Shown piece after piece: positions 39,389 through 51,819 of a stretch of DNA of 64,000 nt. The position numbers and the translations under genes were made by a program. Position 1 is the stretch's first letter; each line of letters starts with the position of its first letter. The notes below the pieces were generated by a model. It was not told the DNA's origin. It searched no databases and saw nothing but the letters and a program-made list of their open reading frames with translations. Source of the DNA: Hypanus sabinus. Lineage: Eukaryota. The stretch spans positions 144,770,001 to 144,834,000 of the forward strand of contig NC_082715.1 of assembly GCF_030144855.1 (NCBI RefSeq). Direction: 5' to 3'.

Positions 39389-39787
39389 CTGTGCAGAAAG
39401 TAGATACATATACTGATATAAATATAACAAGATTCATGCTTACGAGACTGTACCGGAGGCTGTTAGTGTCGGAATAGCCGAGGTGTGATTGAGTTACCAG
39501 AGTTTGAAGCACCGATTACTGTTCTGCTTCTAATGTGTTGGGGCGGATGCGGTTTCCGCAGATTCCGGCGCACTGCAGAGATCACCGCTGCTAAATAAGT
39601 CCATATATGAGGTTCAAAGAGCTGTTGACCTGCTTTCACCCATCGAAATAGCAACGTGGGGCGCAAGTTTGCCCGCACCGGGCACTCCAGGGCGGTAGAG
39701 CAAGTCGTTCACTCGTTCCGCGCTGCGATTCATACTTATTTGTTTATCAGGGCATTGGAAAAGTTGATTTTCTTCAAACACGCCTAC

Positions 39788-39851
39788 TCTGAATATAAGC
39801 GGACAAAATGGAGTAAGTGACAACCACTACTGATGACATTGAAACCCACAT
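39788..39851 (-). CDS. Gene B candidate leader exon
   Basis: Identical to 26570-26633. Confidence 0.5.
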
Positions 39852-40199
39852 GAGTGCATCTGCTGAAAACGATCGTGAACAACTTTTGCTCAAAAATACT
39901 GACAGGAGCCGAGCCCCGAGTTTGAACGTCACAGCATTATTACAGAATTAGGTTGGTCCTTCTGCAGAATCAGGCGCTGAAAGGTACGGTAAAACTCTGA
40001 AATCCAACATACGCCGATAGTTGAGCATCTGCTTTGACGCCTCCATCCCAACACACAGTGACGCCCGCCCTCTTAGTCTTTCCGACTCATCGACACTCTC
40101 CCAAATTACCCCGCGCCCCTTTCCAGCTCTCCATTCTCCCTTTAAATCTACCTGACTCTTCCCCACAGCCCGAAGTATAGTTGCTTTCTTCCTGTAAAT

Positions 40200-40282
40200 C
40201 AGGGGTTCCCAACCTTTTTTTTTACATCGTGGACCCTTTCCATTTACCGAGAGATCCGTGGACACCAGAGGGGGAACCTCTG
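40200..40282. mobile_element. hAT MITE (duplicate of 26982-27064)
   Basis: Identical sequence and TSD. Confidence 0.75.
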
Positions 40283-42351
40283 CTCTAAATCATACGTATA
40301 CTTTATGCCAGCACTGATCCCTGTGACATCTCATTTGTCATAGGTTGCCAACCTGAAATTATACTTCGTTTTCGATAATTACTGTTTCCTGCATGTTAGC
40401 CAATACTGTATCATCCCAACAATGTCGCCTCTGCAAACAGGCACTGTTACCCCTTTGAGGAATATTGGAAGTCCAAATACTTTCACTGATCCCCTTCTAT
40501 GTTGAAGCCTATAGCCTCAATGATATAACCACCTTAATAATAAATTCTATCCTTATTTTCCCTACTACGTGTGTCGGGCTAATTTGCCTTCTCCATGAAG
40601 TTTACTCTAATTGAGACAAGGAGTATGAAACAAATCACAGAGGCGAAACACACAGCTGAAGATAACAACGCTTGCTTTACTCACCACAGGAATTCAGCAG
40701 TTTATATTCTTCAATGCCGTATTGCTTATCTTCAGATTCATTGAAATGAAGACTCAATAAAGGACAGATTCTGTTAACGACAATGTATAAGAGAGTAATA
40801 ATATTTCAAAGCGACTGATATCTGGAAACGTTTCATGCTTAAAGTCCTCAGGTATGGATCAGCAGCAGCTGTTGCAACCAATTGGTGCTGTGGGGATGAC
40901 CCGGGTGTTCTGTAAACAGGAAGTGAACCTTTGACAAGTTGTTCATAAAACGATTAGGTAAACATTATGGGTATACTTGTAGATACGCTGCCTTTTTGTC
41001 ACATATCTAAATATCCCATCTTTTCCACCCACATTATTCAACAAAGAAGGAGTAGTTTAAGGATATATGACGAAAAGTGATTAAATGTATTTTATTTTTT
41101 TGTCTTATCGTGCTTGGTAAAGGCAAGTAGAAGGCACAGTTTTAAGACGAAATAGGAATGATTTGAAGGGGACCCAAGGGGCAAATATTTCATATAGAGA
41201 ATGGTGGTAAACAAAAGGAGTTGTTTGAAAGAGTGGCAGTGGTGGGTAAAATGACAACGTTTCAAAGACATTTAATTACTTTCCCTCACATATCCTTAAA
41301 CTATTCCTTCTTTGTTGAATAATCTCTGTGGATATATTTAGGAAAGGTTTAGCGGGAATGTGGGCTGAAGGCAGACAAGTCAGATTAACAGAGAGGCACC
41401 TTGTTCAGCAGAGAAGCGTGGGGCTGAAGGGCCTGCTTTCATTCTGTATACCTCTACGACGCGATAATATAATTATCTGTAAGCTTTATACTCCTGTTAT
41501 TGTTTGAAGTGGTTTGCACGTCTTCTATTCTTCCCAATATTTGTCATCTTCTTCTTCAGCATTCCCTCAGGATCGTTGGTGACTGACATTCTAGTTTTGT
41601 GGGTTCTATCATGGCGACTGGGGCTAATGTGAATCTGAAGGCTTCCATAGAGAGACAGGAGGTTGAATAGTTTCTGATTCCTTCCGCATCTCCTGCAGTG
41701 TTTCTGTATATTCCTGCTTCGTGGTCTGGAGGTTCTCATTACCCTCCCAATGCCTCTCCTTTACTTTGAATGCGCCCCAGGAGATGGATCCCCAGGAGTT
41801 ACTGGAAATGCTGGATTGATTCAGAAAGTGTTCTGGGCTTCCATCAAGAAGCTCTGAACACATTTCATAATCATTTTACAGTACCTATTCCTCCGGTAAC
41901 TTCTTTCTGCGACAGAGCTCAGAATAGAATGAATTACAAAGTCTCTGGAAGGAGTCAACCGGGCAGGCAGCATCTGTGGAGGTGGGTGAGTTGGTCCATT
42001 TTTACTTGGAGACCATATATCAGCTTCCACTGATGCTGCTAACATGCTGCATTTCTCTACAGTTACTTTTTGTGCTCCAGGTTCAAGCACATGCAGTTAT
42101 CATATGTTTTCTTGAAAAGAACGTCAGTTTAAGGACTCTGATATAGGGCATATGAATGAATTCACCTGTGAAACAAATTGAACTAAAAGTTAATCGAGGC
42201 TGTCTGCTGGTCACTTGGTATATTCATCATTTTGGAGGGTTTCATGGAGGCAGTGCTGTTGAGATACGTTCAGTGTTTTGAGGTCCCTGCAGAAGGTAGT
42301 CCATATTGCAGAAGAATCAAAGAAGGCACGGACCTCTGCAGTCCTGTAGAC

Positions 42352-43350
42352 TAGTAGTCGCCAACCAGTCGATCTTTGAGACTTTCCCAGTAGATTCCAA
42401 AAAAAAAGAAAAATATATAACCAAATACATTATGCCTAATAAACCTTTTGTTGCAAATATGTAGTAACTTCTACTTTCAAAAAGGAGCACTCGACAACTT
42501 CATGCTCAAAAGGAACAACTTTATCTAGGACGGTAAAATGATATTCACATACATACGATTTCACCAATACGCACTAGGCAGAAAAGACCGGAAGGAAAAC
42601 CCCGCAACCCCGGAAACAATCTCTCTTTACAAACAGTTTTCCGTAGCGGGAATATTGCTATATTACCATAATCCTAATTGGTATTAATTTATATTTATAA
42701 TGCTCACATTACAAAGCTTCCTCCCCTTTAAATTCCAACGTTCCCCAAATGTAAAAGAAATGGAAAACGAAAACAGTGGTGTCATTAGCATGCGCATCTC
42801 TGAAACTTACCAATACCAGGAAAGTTGAGGAGCTGGAATCGGGGTTGAATGCTCAGCAACATGCTGCTCAGAGGACGTGAATCGACAAGTGTTAAAGGAC
42901 TTGTCACTCTGTGAATATTTTTCACGACAGTTAAATGAATCCCTGGATGTAATGCAAACAACTCAGTTTGTTGTGTTTGTCAGAATGGCTTTCCAGGATT
43001 TTACAACAAAGGAGGACTTCCTCAATCTGTTGCACTTAAAGGAGAAAACGAGAGGTGAGGATATTTACAGCGAGTTAAAAAAATGTCCGTGAAAATGACA
43101 TCCCCATTCATAAGCTGGTGGCAATTATTACTGCTGATGGGGCCCCGGCAATGCGCGGTCTGCGCTTTGCTTTTATAGCACAGTGCCGTAATGATCCTGA
43201 TTTCCCCGACTTCCTGGACTATCACTGTGTGATTCATCAGCAGGCCTTGGCTGGGATGGTCGTGGACTTTTCTCATGTAATGACATTGGTGGTCAAACTG
43301 ATAAACTTGATTCGAGCAAAAGCGCTTTAGCACCGCTTATTCAAGGCGTT
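42352..43350 (+). mobile_element. hAT transposase relic (longer copy)
   Basis: Continues past the unit A breakpoint with ITADGAPAMRG..YHCVIHQQAL..VVKLINLIRAKAL, which includes the hAT DGA and CxxH motifs. Confidence 0.85.
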
Positions 43351-44689
43351 ATTCGATGCCCCTTTGGCCTGTTTGATATGCTAATTACAGTGTTTTCTTG
43401 GTTGAATTAATTTGAAAGTTTGACAAAAGCATTTTATGTAATTAAAATACAATTAGCCCGAATAAAGGGCCTCAAGTTGGAAGTACAATCTAAGCTGTTT
43501 TTTCTCTAAACGGTGGATCTCACTTTTCACTAAAGATGAGGCAGGGGATCTTGGGCTTAAAAAGGTTGCTGACCACTACTGTGCACCATAGGTTTAGCAT
43601 TAGGTCTGCTGTCTTAATTGAAAGGAACACACCAAATGTAGCAGGGACTCAGCAGGTCAGGCAGCATCAATGGATGTGAATTATTTTCAAATATCCTTTT
43701 CTTTCATCAGCCAAAGGCTGTGTTGGGACAATAAAGGTGGTGGTGAATTTACATTTGCGTTTACATTTAAGAATCTTTCCTGCTTCTACAGTAGCCATGG
43801 ACACTCAAAGGATCTTGGACTGATGTGTCGACTGTTCATTTCCCTCCATAGATGCTGTCTGACCTGTTGAATTCCTTCAGCACTCTGTGTATTCAACTCA
43901 GTTCAACTCAAATGAAGTTTTATGGTCATTCGACCATACATGAATGCAACAAAAGGAGACAGTGTTACTCTGGGGTCAAGGTGAAAAACACCATACCAAC
44001 AGCCACACACAGCACAAAGCACACATTGCACATATAAGATGGAAAGATACAGCCACTCAGTAAGTGAGTCCTGACTCAGGCCATCCAATGCTGCCAAAAT
44101 CTGTAGAGGGCAATAACATAGCTTCTCTTTCGCTCAGCAAACACTGGGGAGCGGGAAATATGAGCACCATCTCCAGCCAGGACGCCACATCACATTGGCT
44201 CTGGTGGGGAGCCCCACCTCCGATGCCTCTCCCTGGCAGCTGGAAACAGGCAACAGGATGGCTTGAGGCCTCATCCTGGCACATGGAAGGCAGCTGCCCC
44301 TCACCTCCCGTGGTGGAGCACACTGGGTCAGATGCACCTCTCCTGGCGACTGTAAACAGGTGACACCGCAGCTTGCTACCTAGCCCCCATTATGACCGAG
44401 AAGACATAGCTCACCTGCCATTGCCCCTGCTCTGCAAAAAAATCAGAGCATCAAACATGCAGCATTCCACATGAACAATGTCCAAAAGTGTCTTGCCATC
44501 AATAGGAAAAGTGTCCAAGCCAGTCACTCACTATTGGAGCATAAGCCTCTCTAAATTCAGGCAGCAACATGATGCACTGATCCTTCACTTTCTCCACCAA
44601 TGAGCAACTTGCTAATGGGGTAGGCCTGCATTACCTCAAATTTCTTAATATTCAGCAGCATCTTGTGCTTATTAAAATATGTTTAAATA

Positions 44690-47240
44690 TGACGGTAGCA
44701 CCTTTGTTGACTCCGTAGAAGCTGCAGATCCTTAGGGATTGCATTAGGGGAATGGAAATGCAGCTTGATGACCTTCGTTTGGTCAGGGAGAGTGAGGGGT
44801 GATAGAGAGGAGCTACAACATAGATAGGAAAAGGGAGGAGGTCCTGAAAGCAGACTACAGAGAGTTAGGAAGGAAGTTGAGAAGCAGGACCTCAAGGGTA
44901 GTAATCTTGGGATTACGGCCTCTGCCACGTAGCAGTGAGTATAGGAATAGAATGAGGTGGAGGATAAATGCATGGCTGAGGGATTGGAGCAGGGGGCAGG
45001 GAGTATGATCTCTGGATCATTGGGACCTCTTCTGGGGCAGGTGTGACGTGTTGCATTTGAATCCGAGGGGGACCAATATCCTGGCGGGAAAGCTTGCAAA
45101 CGCTATTGGGAAGAATTTGAACTAAGGTTGCTGGGGGGTGGGAACCGAACAGAAGTGATGGAGGAAAGGGAGGTTGGCTCACAAATAGAGAAAGCTTGGA
45201 GACAGTGCAATAGGGAGGATAGGTAGGTGATAGATAAGAAGGGACACACTCAGACTGCTGGCTTGAGATATGTCTATTTTAATGTGAGGAGTATTATGAA
45301 TAAAGTGGATGAGCTTAGAGTGTGGATCAACACTTGGAGTTATGATGTTGTGGCCATTACAGAGACTCAGATGGTGCAGGGTCAGGAATGGTTACTTAGA
45401 GTGCTAGGCTTTAAATGTTTCAAACAGGGAGGCTGGCAAAAGAGATGGGTGTGTGGCATTGTTGATCAGAGATAGTGTCACAGCTGCAGAAAAGGAAGTT
45501 ATGGAGGGGTTGTCTATAGAATCTCTGTGGGTATAAGTTAGAAATAGGAAGGGGTCAATAACTCAGATGGGTGTTTTTATATATCATCCAATATTAACAG
45601 GGACATCGAGGGGCAGATAGGGAGACAGATTCTGGAAAGGAGTAATAATAACAGGGTTGTTGTGGTGGGAGATTTTAATTTGTAGTGCAGCTGGAAATGA
45701 CAGGGTTTTTATAAGAGACTCCTGAATGGATAGATGGAGCTCAGAAAAATTGAGGGCTATGGGTAACCCTAGGTAATTTCTAAGGTAAGGACCTTTTCAG
45801 CACATCTTTATAAACTGAAACGCCTGTATTGTGTTGTAGGTTTTCTATGTTTCTATGTTTCAAGAAAGGAAAGAGACAGAAGAAAGAAAATTATGGGCCA
45901 TTTAGTCTGACCTCAGTGGTTGGGGAGATGTTGGAATTGATTGTTAAGATGTGGTTCCGTGGTACTTGGAGGGGCATGGTAAAATAGGCCAAAGCCAGCA
46001 TGATTATCTCAGAAATCTTGTCTGACAGACCTTGGATTTCTTTGAAGGAATTATAAGCAGGATAGAGAAGGGAGGGTCAGTTCATGTTGTGTACTTCAAT
46101 TTTCAGAAAGCTTTTGACAAGCTGTGACATGAGACTGCTGAGCAAACTATGAGCCCATGGTATTACAACAATGATACTAGTAGGGACAGAGCATTGGTTG
46201 ACTGGCAGGAGGCAAAGAGTGGGAATAAAGAGAGCCTTTTCTGGTTGGCTGGCCATGACTCATGGTGTTCCACAGAGATCTGGGTTGAGAGCACTTCTTT
46301 TTACATTATATGCCAATAATTTGTATGATGAAATTGAAGGCCTTGTTGCAAAGTTTGTGGATGATGCGAACATAGGTGAAGGGAAATGTATTTTTGTGGA
46401 AGTAGAGAGGCAGCGAAAGGACTTATTCAGTTTGGGAGAATGGAAGAGATGTGGCAGATACAGTCTCGGGGAGCATGTGGCCATGCACTTTGGTATGAGA
46501 AATAAAAAAGTAGACGATTTTCTAAATGGCGAGAAAATTCAACAATCTGAGGTGCAAAGGGAGTTGGGAGTCCTTGTTCAGGATTTCCTTAAGTTTACTT
46601 TGCAGGTTGAGTCAGCAGTGAGGAAGGCAAATACGACTACAATATAAAACTAAGCAAGCTTTATAAAATGCTGGTGAGACGTCACTTAGAGTATTGTAAG
46701 CAGTAATGCACCCCTTATCTTAGAGAAGATATGCTGACACTGGAGAGGGTTCAAAAGAAGTCTACGAAAATGATGCCAGTACTGAATGGCTTGTTTTAAG
46801 AAGTGCATTTGGTGGCTTTGGGCCTATATTCACTAGAATCCAGAAGAATGAGGGGTGGCCTAATTGAAACCAATTGAATGCTGAAAGGCCTTGATAGAGT
46901 TGATGTGGAGAGGATGTTTCCTCTGGTGTGAGAGTCTAGGACCAGATGAAGCAGCCTCAGAATAGAGGGGCATCCTTTTAGAAAGGAAATTAGGAGGAAT
47001 TTCTTTAGCCAGAGGGTAGTGAATCTGTGGAATTCGTTGCCCCACACCATTAAGGAAGCCAGGTCTTTATGTATATATTTAAGGCAGAAGTTTATTAATT
47101 CTTAATTGGTCTGGGCAGGAAAAGATACATGGAGAAAGCAGGAGATTGGAGTTGAGCGGAAAAATGAATCAGCCATGATGAAATAGTGAAGCAGACTCGA
47201 TGGGCCAAATAGCCTAATTCTGCTCCTATATCTTATGGTC
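44690..47240 (+). mobile_element. Degenerate CR1 LINE: ORF1 SGNH-esterase, APE endonuclease and RT fragments
   Basis: YRELGRKLRSRTSRVVILG..INAWLRDW (esterase); YFNVRSIMNKVDELRVWINTWSYDVVAITET (APE); GVPQRSGL..VAKFVDDA (RT). Confidence 0.85.
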
Positions 47241-47382
47241 TTATGTTCTTATGGCCTAATCCCTAAAAATATGGAAGGGAAAATTTCTGCTTCATTGTCC
47301 ACATGTAAACATTTTGGGTGAAAAAGACATAAAGTCTGCTATGCTAAACTGCCAGTAGGTTGCCTGTGGTTTACTCTTTCTA

Positions 47383-48930
47383 ATGTAGTGGTAGCTAATA
47401 GCTAATTTCTATGCCATTCAGCTAGCCACTCCCGCATGGGGTGTATTCACATTCTGTACAAGCAGTGTCAACAATATAGTTCAGTTGAATATCCTGCAAG
47501 GCTGGTGACTGGGTGTTCTCTGCACAATTCCTCAATATAGAACACAACAAGGTGCCAGAAGTGGTTGATCATTGATGCATTGGTGCTGTAGAACAAATTA
47601 TATCCCCATCAGAAAGGATTTACACTGTCTATTCTTGTTTGCATGTATCTATGAAAAATATCCAGAGACTTATCAACCTGAACCTTTGCTAGTTGTTAAT
47701 TGTATGCACAATCTAGCTGGGTTAAGAAATTACCAGGATTGCTGGGCAACACCCTCAAGCTGCACCTAAAAGTGGATACATTACAATAACCTGTGGGCTA
47801 TGGACCTGGGAGACTGCACAGGAACACCAGAAAAGTAGTCTCTGGTGCTCACAGGCAAATGGAGTCATGGAAGGACCAATGGAAACTGTTAAGAATCCCC
47901 TACTAGAGGGAAAAGGCACTGCTTGCTTATCACTCGAGATCTCTTGCAAAAGGCTACAGTCCATCAGACTTGTCAATGGGCTGGACACTAAGAACAAAGC
48001 TGTCCATTCTTCCTTCCGTTCTCCAAACTCATTTAACGGACTTAGACTAAGTGAGAAGCTTTGAGACAACACAGCGTGAGAAAAGGAAGAGCAGGCATGA
48101 TCTCAGACACAGAGCAAAATCTTTGTCGCCGCTCAGGAGTAGTGAAGCTGTCTGGGTTTCAGACCAACTCACCAAAGGAACAATAGTCCAGCAGCATGGA
48201 CCACGATCATTTGTGATCAGAACATCACAGGGCAAAATAAGGATGAGCAGGGGTGCACTCTTGCACTTTCAAAGTCCATGAAAGTTGGAGGACGACAAGG
48301 ACCACTCACCTGAGGAGGACACACCTGTTCAAGAAACTCCATCCATTCCAACACTTCTATACCAGATTGTGCTGTTTATCTGTCCCATGGGATAGATAAA
48401 CGCCATAGCCTGAGAACTTAAGGCAAATGACTAAAAAGTCAAATAATCCTCACACTTTGCCCAACAGTTCTGGTAGTCTACCCTGATCTCCATAAGATTT
48501 AGGGGTTTTTCTTAAAGGTTTCTAATGCTCTTAAAGAATATGGAATTGGTATGGAAAAGGAAAACTTAAAGATTGACGATGACACCATTAAAACAAAGGG
48601 AAAGACTATTATAATGTTGGCAATTCTTTTTTATATTTATGTAAAGGATTTAAATTATGTGCTGTGGGTAAAGTGAACTGAATCCCCTAAATTCAGTGAC
48701 GACTATTTCAATGCAGTTCTGTGGTCAAGAGGTATATTCTTAGTTTTTCTTTTCAAGAAGGGGAGATGAAATGGTGGCTGGTAGGTTATTCCAATGACAC
48801 TCAGTTAGTCACACCCAGACGCGAGGAGCAAAACATACTGTGCAGGCAGGGATCTCCATAACATTTTGTTGAATATCATGCAAGGCTGCTCGCCGCACTA
48901 TCCCTCAATAACAATCACAAGCGGATTTTT
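47383..48930 (+). mobile_element. Old internally deleted Gypsy element
   Basis: Integrase-tail motif RHDLRHRAKSLSPL..VWV..GPRSFVIRT..G; PBS-like AGGTGCCAGAAGTGG at ~47548; PPT AAGAAGGGGAGA before TG at ~48767; two diverged LTR-like ends. Confidence 0.6.
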
Positions 48931-49139
48931 TTCGCAACCACGTGTTTTACCGTTGTTAGAAGCAAAAATAAATGCAATTTATTCCCTTTTGATATAACTG
49001 ATTCGCCGAGCAATGTTAAATAGAGCGAAATGGGTAGACCTGTTCTGTGTTACCCGCTATGAAGAATTAGAGGTTATGTAGAGCAACGTGGTCAGACCTA
49101 TTCTGTCACAAACATGAGACAAGCTGCATATGCTGGAAA

Positions 49140-49346
49140 TCCAAGCAACACGCACAAAATTCTGGAAGAGCTCAGCAGTCCATGCAGCATCTGTGGAAAA
49201 GTGGAAAGAGTCAACATTTCAGGACGAGATCCGCCATTAGGACTCACAATGAGGTCCTCACGAGGGGTCGCGACCCGAAATCTCAACAGTTATTCTTCTG
49301 CATAGATGCTGCCTGGCCAGCTGAGTCCTCCAGCATTTTGCATGTG
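49140..49346. repeat. Palindromic element made of two head-to-head Penelope tails
   Basis: 49142-49244 is the reverse complement of the tail family at 15190-15290; 49251-49346 is the forward copy. Confidence 0.6.
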
Positions 49347-49511
49347 ACCTGTTTTGTGCTATTGGCTGTGAATAATTTGTTTTTAAGTAGAGCAAAGTGG
49401 GAAGATCTGTTCTGTGCTATCCGCTGTGAAGAATTGCTAAGAAAGCTGCAATGCAAGGATTTGTAAACGCGTCACTGAAACGATTAATTTAGATTGCGAA
49501 TATCTACTTAC

Positions 49512-49815
49512 CAGTCAGATTCAGCTGCGTTCCTTAACCAAAGTGTGTGACGCATAACAATGGTAATCAGAAGCGTTTTCAGATTGTACATTCGCGATAG
49601 TTGAAAGCACCGACAGAATTACCTTGTAATCGAGGGGCGGAGACAGAGTTTCCTGAGTCAAGGTAGCAAACGCGTAACTAATTGCTGTTCCTATTCACAG
49701 AACTCAGATAAGTGCAAAGGTATGATTTGGAAACAATGTAGAACGCTAATGTTACACAGTACTTACTGCGAAGACAAAGGACCAGTGCAGCGAGAACTCC
49801 AATCCACCATCTCGT
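49512..49815 (-). pseudogene. Decayed leader plus germline-joined VJ exon (Ig/TCR-like pseudogene)
   Basis: 49815-49767: (ACG)RWWIGVLAALVLCLR with phase-1 GTAAGT. Acceptor at 49653. 49601-49557: TIANVQSENASDYHC. 49542-49512: FG*GTQLNLT with phase-1 GTAAGT. Confidence 0.65.
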
Positions 49816-50104
49816 TCTGTGGATTTTGATAGAAGAATCAACTCAGGATGTTTCTGAAAAGCAAACTACTACGCCTCGTTCTGAAAAAGTTTAAAACTTT
49901 CCGAACTATGCTATACTGTATTGTTTTCGGTCATACATGCAAATATATGCCAACGTAGCACTTCCTTCCCAACTTGTGACAACACATACAAGTCCGCACA
50001 ACAGACACGCTTTTATACTACAGAACAAAGAGATGAAAAGACTGAAATAGAGTATAAGCTTCGTGGAACTAGGGGAACTCGAGGACCAGAGCGATCAGGC
50101 AGGA

Positions 50105-51410
50105 TCTGCCTGGAGCCCTGCCTCACCTTGCCTCTGCCTGGAGCCTTGCTTTGCCTCTGCCTGGAGCCTTGTCTTGCCTTGCCTCGCCTCTGCCTGGAGC
50201 CTTGCCTCACCTGGGGCCTTCCCTTGCCTCGCCTTGCCTCTGCCTGGAGCCCTGCCTCATCATGCCTCTGCCTGGAGCCTTGCCTTGCCTGGGCCTTGCC
50301 TCACCTGGGGTCTTGCCTTCCCTCGCCTTGCCTCTGCCTGGAGCCCTGCACCCTTCCTCTGCCTGGATCCTTGCCTCGCCTGGGGCCTTCCCCTGCCTCG
50401 CCTTGCCTCTGTCTGGAGTCTTTCCTTGCCTTTGCCTGGTTCCTTGCCTCGCCTGGGGCCTTGCCTTGCCTCTGCTGGAGCCTTGCCTCACCCCGCCTTG
50501 CCTCTGCCTGGAGCTGAGCCCTGCCTCGCCTTGCCTCTGCCGGGAGCCCTGCTTCAACTTGTCTCTGCCTGGATCCTTGCCTCGCCTGGGTCCTTGCCTT
50601 ACCTCGCCTTGCCTCTGCCTGGAGCTGAGCCCTGCCTCACCTTGCCTCTGCCTGGAGCTGAGCCCTGCCTCACCTTGCCTCTGCCTGGATCCTTGCCTCG
50701 CCTGGGGCCTTGCCTTGCCTCTCCTTGCCTCTGCCTGGAGCCTTGCCTTGCCTGGGGCCTTGCCCTGCCTCGCCTTGCCTCTGCCTGGAGCCTTGCTTCT
50801 GCCTGGAGCCTTGACTTGCCTTTGCCTTGCTTGGTGCCTTGCCTCATCTGGGGCCTTGCCTTGCCTTTGCCTGGCGCCTTGCTTCGTCTGGGGCCTTGCC
50901 TTGCCTCTGCCTGGATCCTTGCCTTGACTGGGGCCTTGCCTTGCCTCGCCTTGCATCTGCCTGGATCCTTGCCTCGCCTGGGGCCTTGTCTTGCCTCACC
51001 TTGCCTCTGCCTGGGGCCTTGCCTTGCTTCTGCCTGGAGCCTTGCCTCACTGGGATCTTGCGTTGCCTTGCCTTGCCTCTGCCTGGAGGCTTGCCTTGAC
51101 TGGGGCCTTGCCTTGCCTCACCTGGGATCTTGCGTTGCCTTGCCTTGCCTCTGCCTGGAGGCTTGCCTTGCCTCTGCCTGGAGCCTTGCCTCACCTGGGA
51201 TCTTGCGTTGCCTTGCCTTGCCTCTGCCTGGAGGCTTGCCTTGACTGGGGCCTTGCCTTGCCTCACCTTGCCTCTGCCTGGATCCTTGCTTCGCCTGGGG
51301 CCTTGTCTTGCCTCACCTTGCCTCTGCCTGGGGCCTTGCCTCATCTGGGGCCTTGCCTTGCCTCTGCCTGGAGCCTTGCCTCAACTTGCCTTTGCTTGGA
51401 GCCTCACCCA
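50105..51410. repeat. Variant minisatellite array (~1.3 kb) built from GCCTT/GCCTC, TCTGCCTGGA and CCTGGGGCC modules
   Basis: Visible tandem periodicity; produces multiple low-complexity ORFs on both strands. Confidence 0.95.
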
Positions 51411-51819
51411 ATTTGGAACTGTTTCTCCAGGTCCGCACTTTCGCTAGATAGATCTGGCTGCTTTGCCGCTTCCTAGCATTGGGAACTGCCTCTCCAGGTC
51501 CATGCATTCGCTAGGTAGGTCTGGCCGTTTTTCCACTACCTAGTATTGAGAACCGTCTCGTTGTGTTCAGCGTTCTGTATTCTGTGTAATGGGTCCCGGC
51601 CCTACATCCTGTACCCAAGGAGGGATCACGGCTCGGTGTTCCATGTTCCTGTCTCTCCCTCGACTCTGTGTTCTGCGTTCCTGTTCTCCCTCGACCAGGG
51701 CTCTGTGTTCTCAGCTTATCGATGTGCCTCGTCCAGCCCAGGAGTACCTTGCCCAGGCCAGTGCTGGGATTCCCTCATCCTGTGCAACTTTGTAATATCT
51801 GCTCTCAACAAATTTAATG

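Larger units (their letters stand above)
31425..43117. repeat. Segmental duplication unit B
   Basis: See unit A; constant 13,218-bp offset across 25782-29899. Confidence 0.95.

Noticed and set aside
49021-49437. ~50-bp imperfect direct repeats (49021-49070, 49389-49437) as a TSD or array
   Set aside because: Only two copies, ~80% alike, too long for a TSD and not abutting the insert; probably an old local duplication.
50013-51507. Long overlapping ORFs (up to 393 aa) as protein-coding genes
   Set aside because: They arise from a stop-poor minisatellite, are open in many frames on both strands and show no domain signature.
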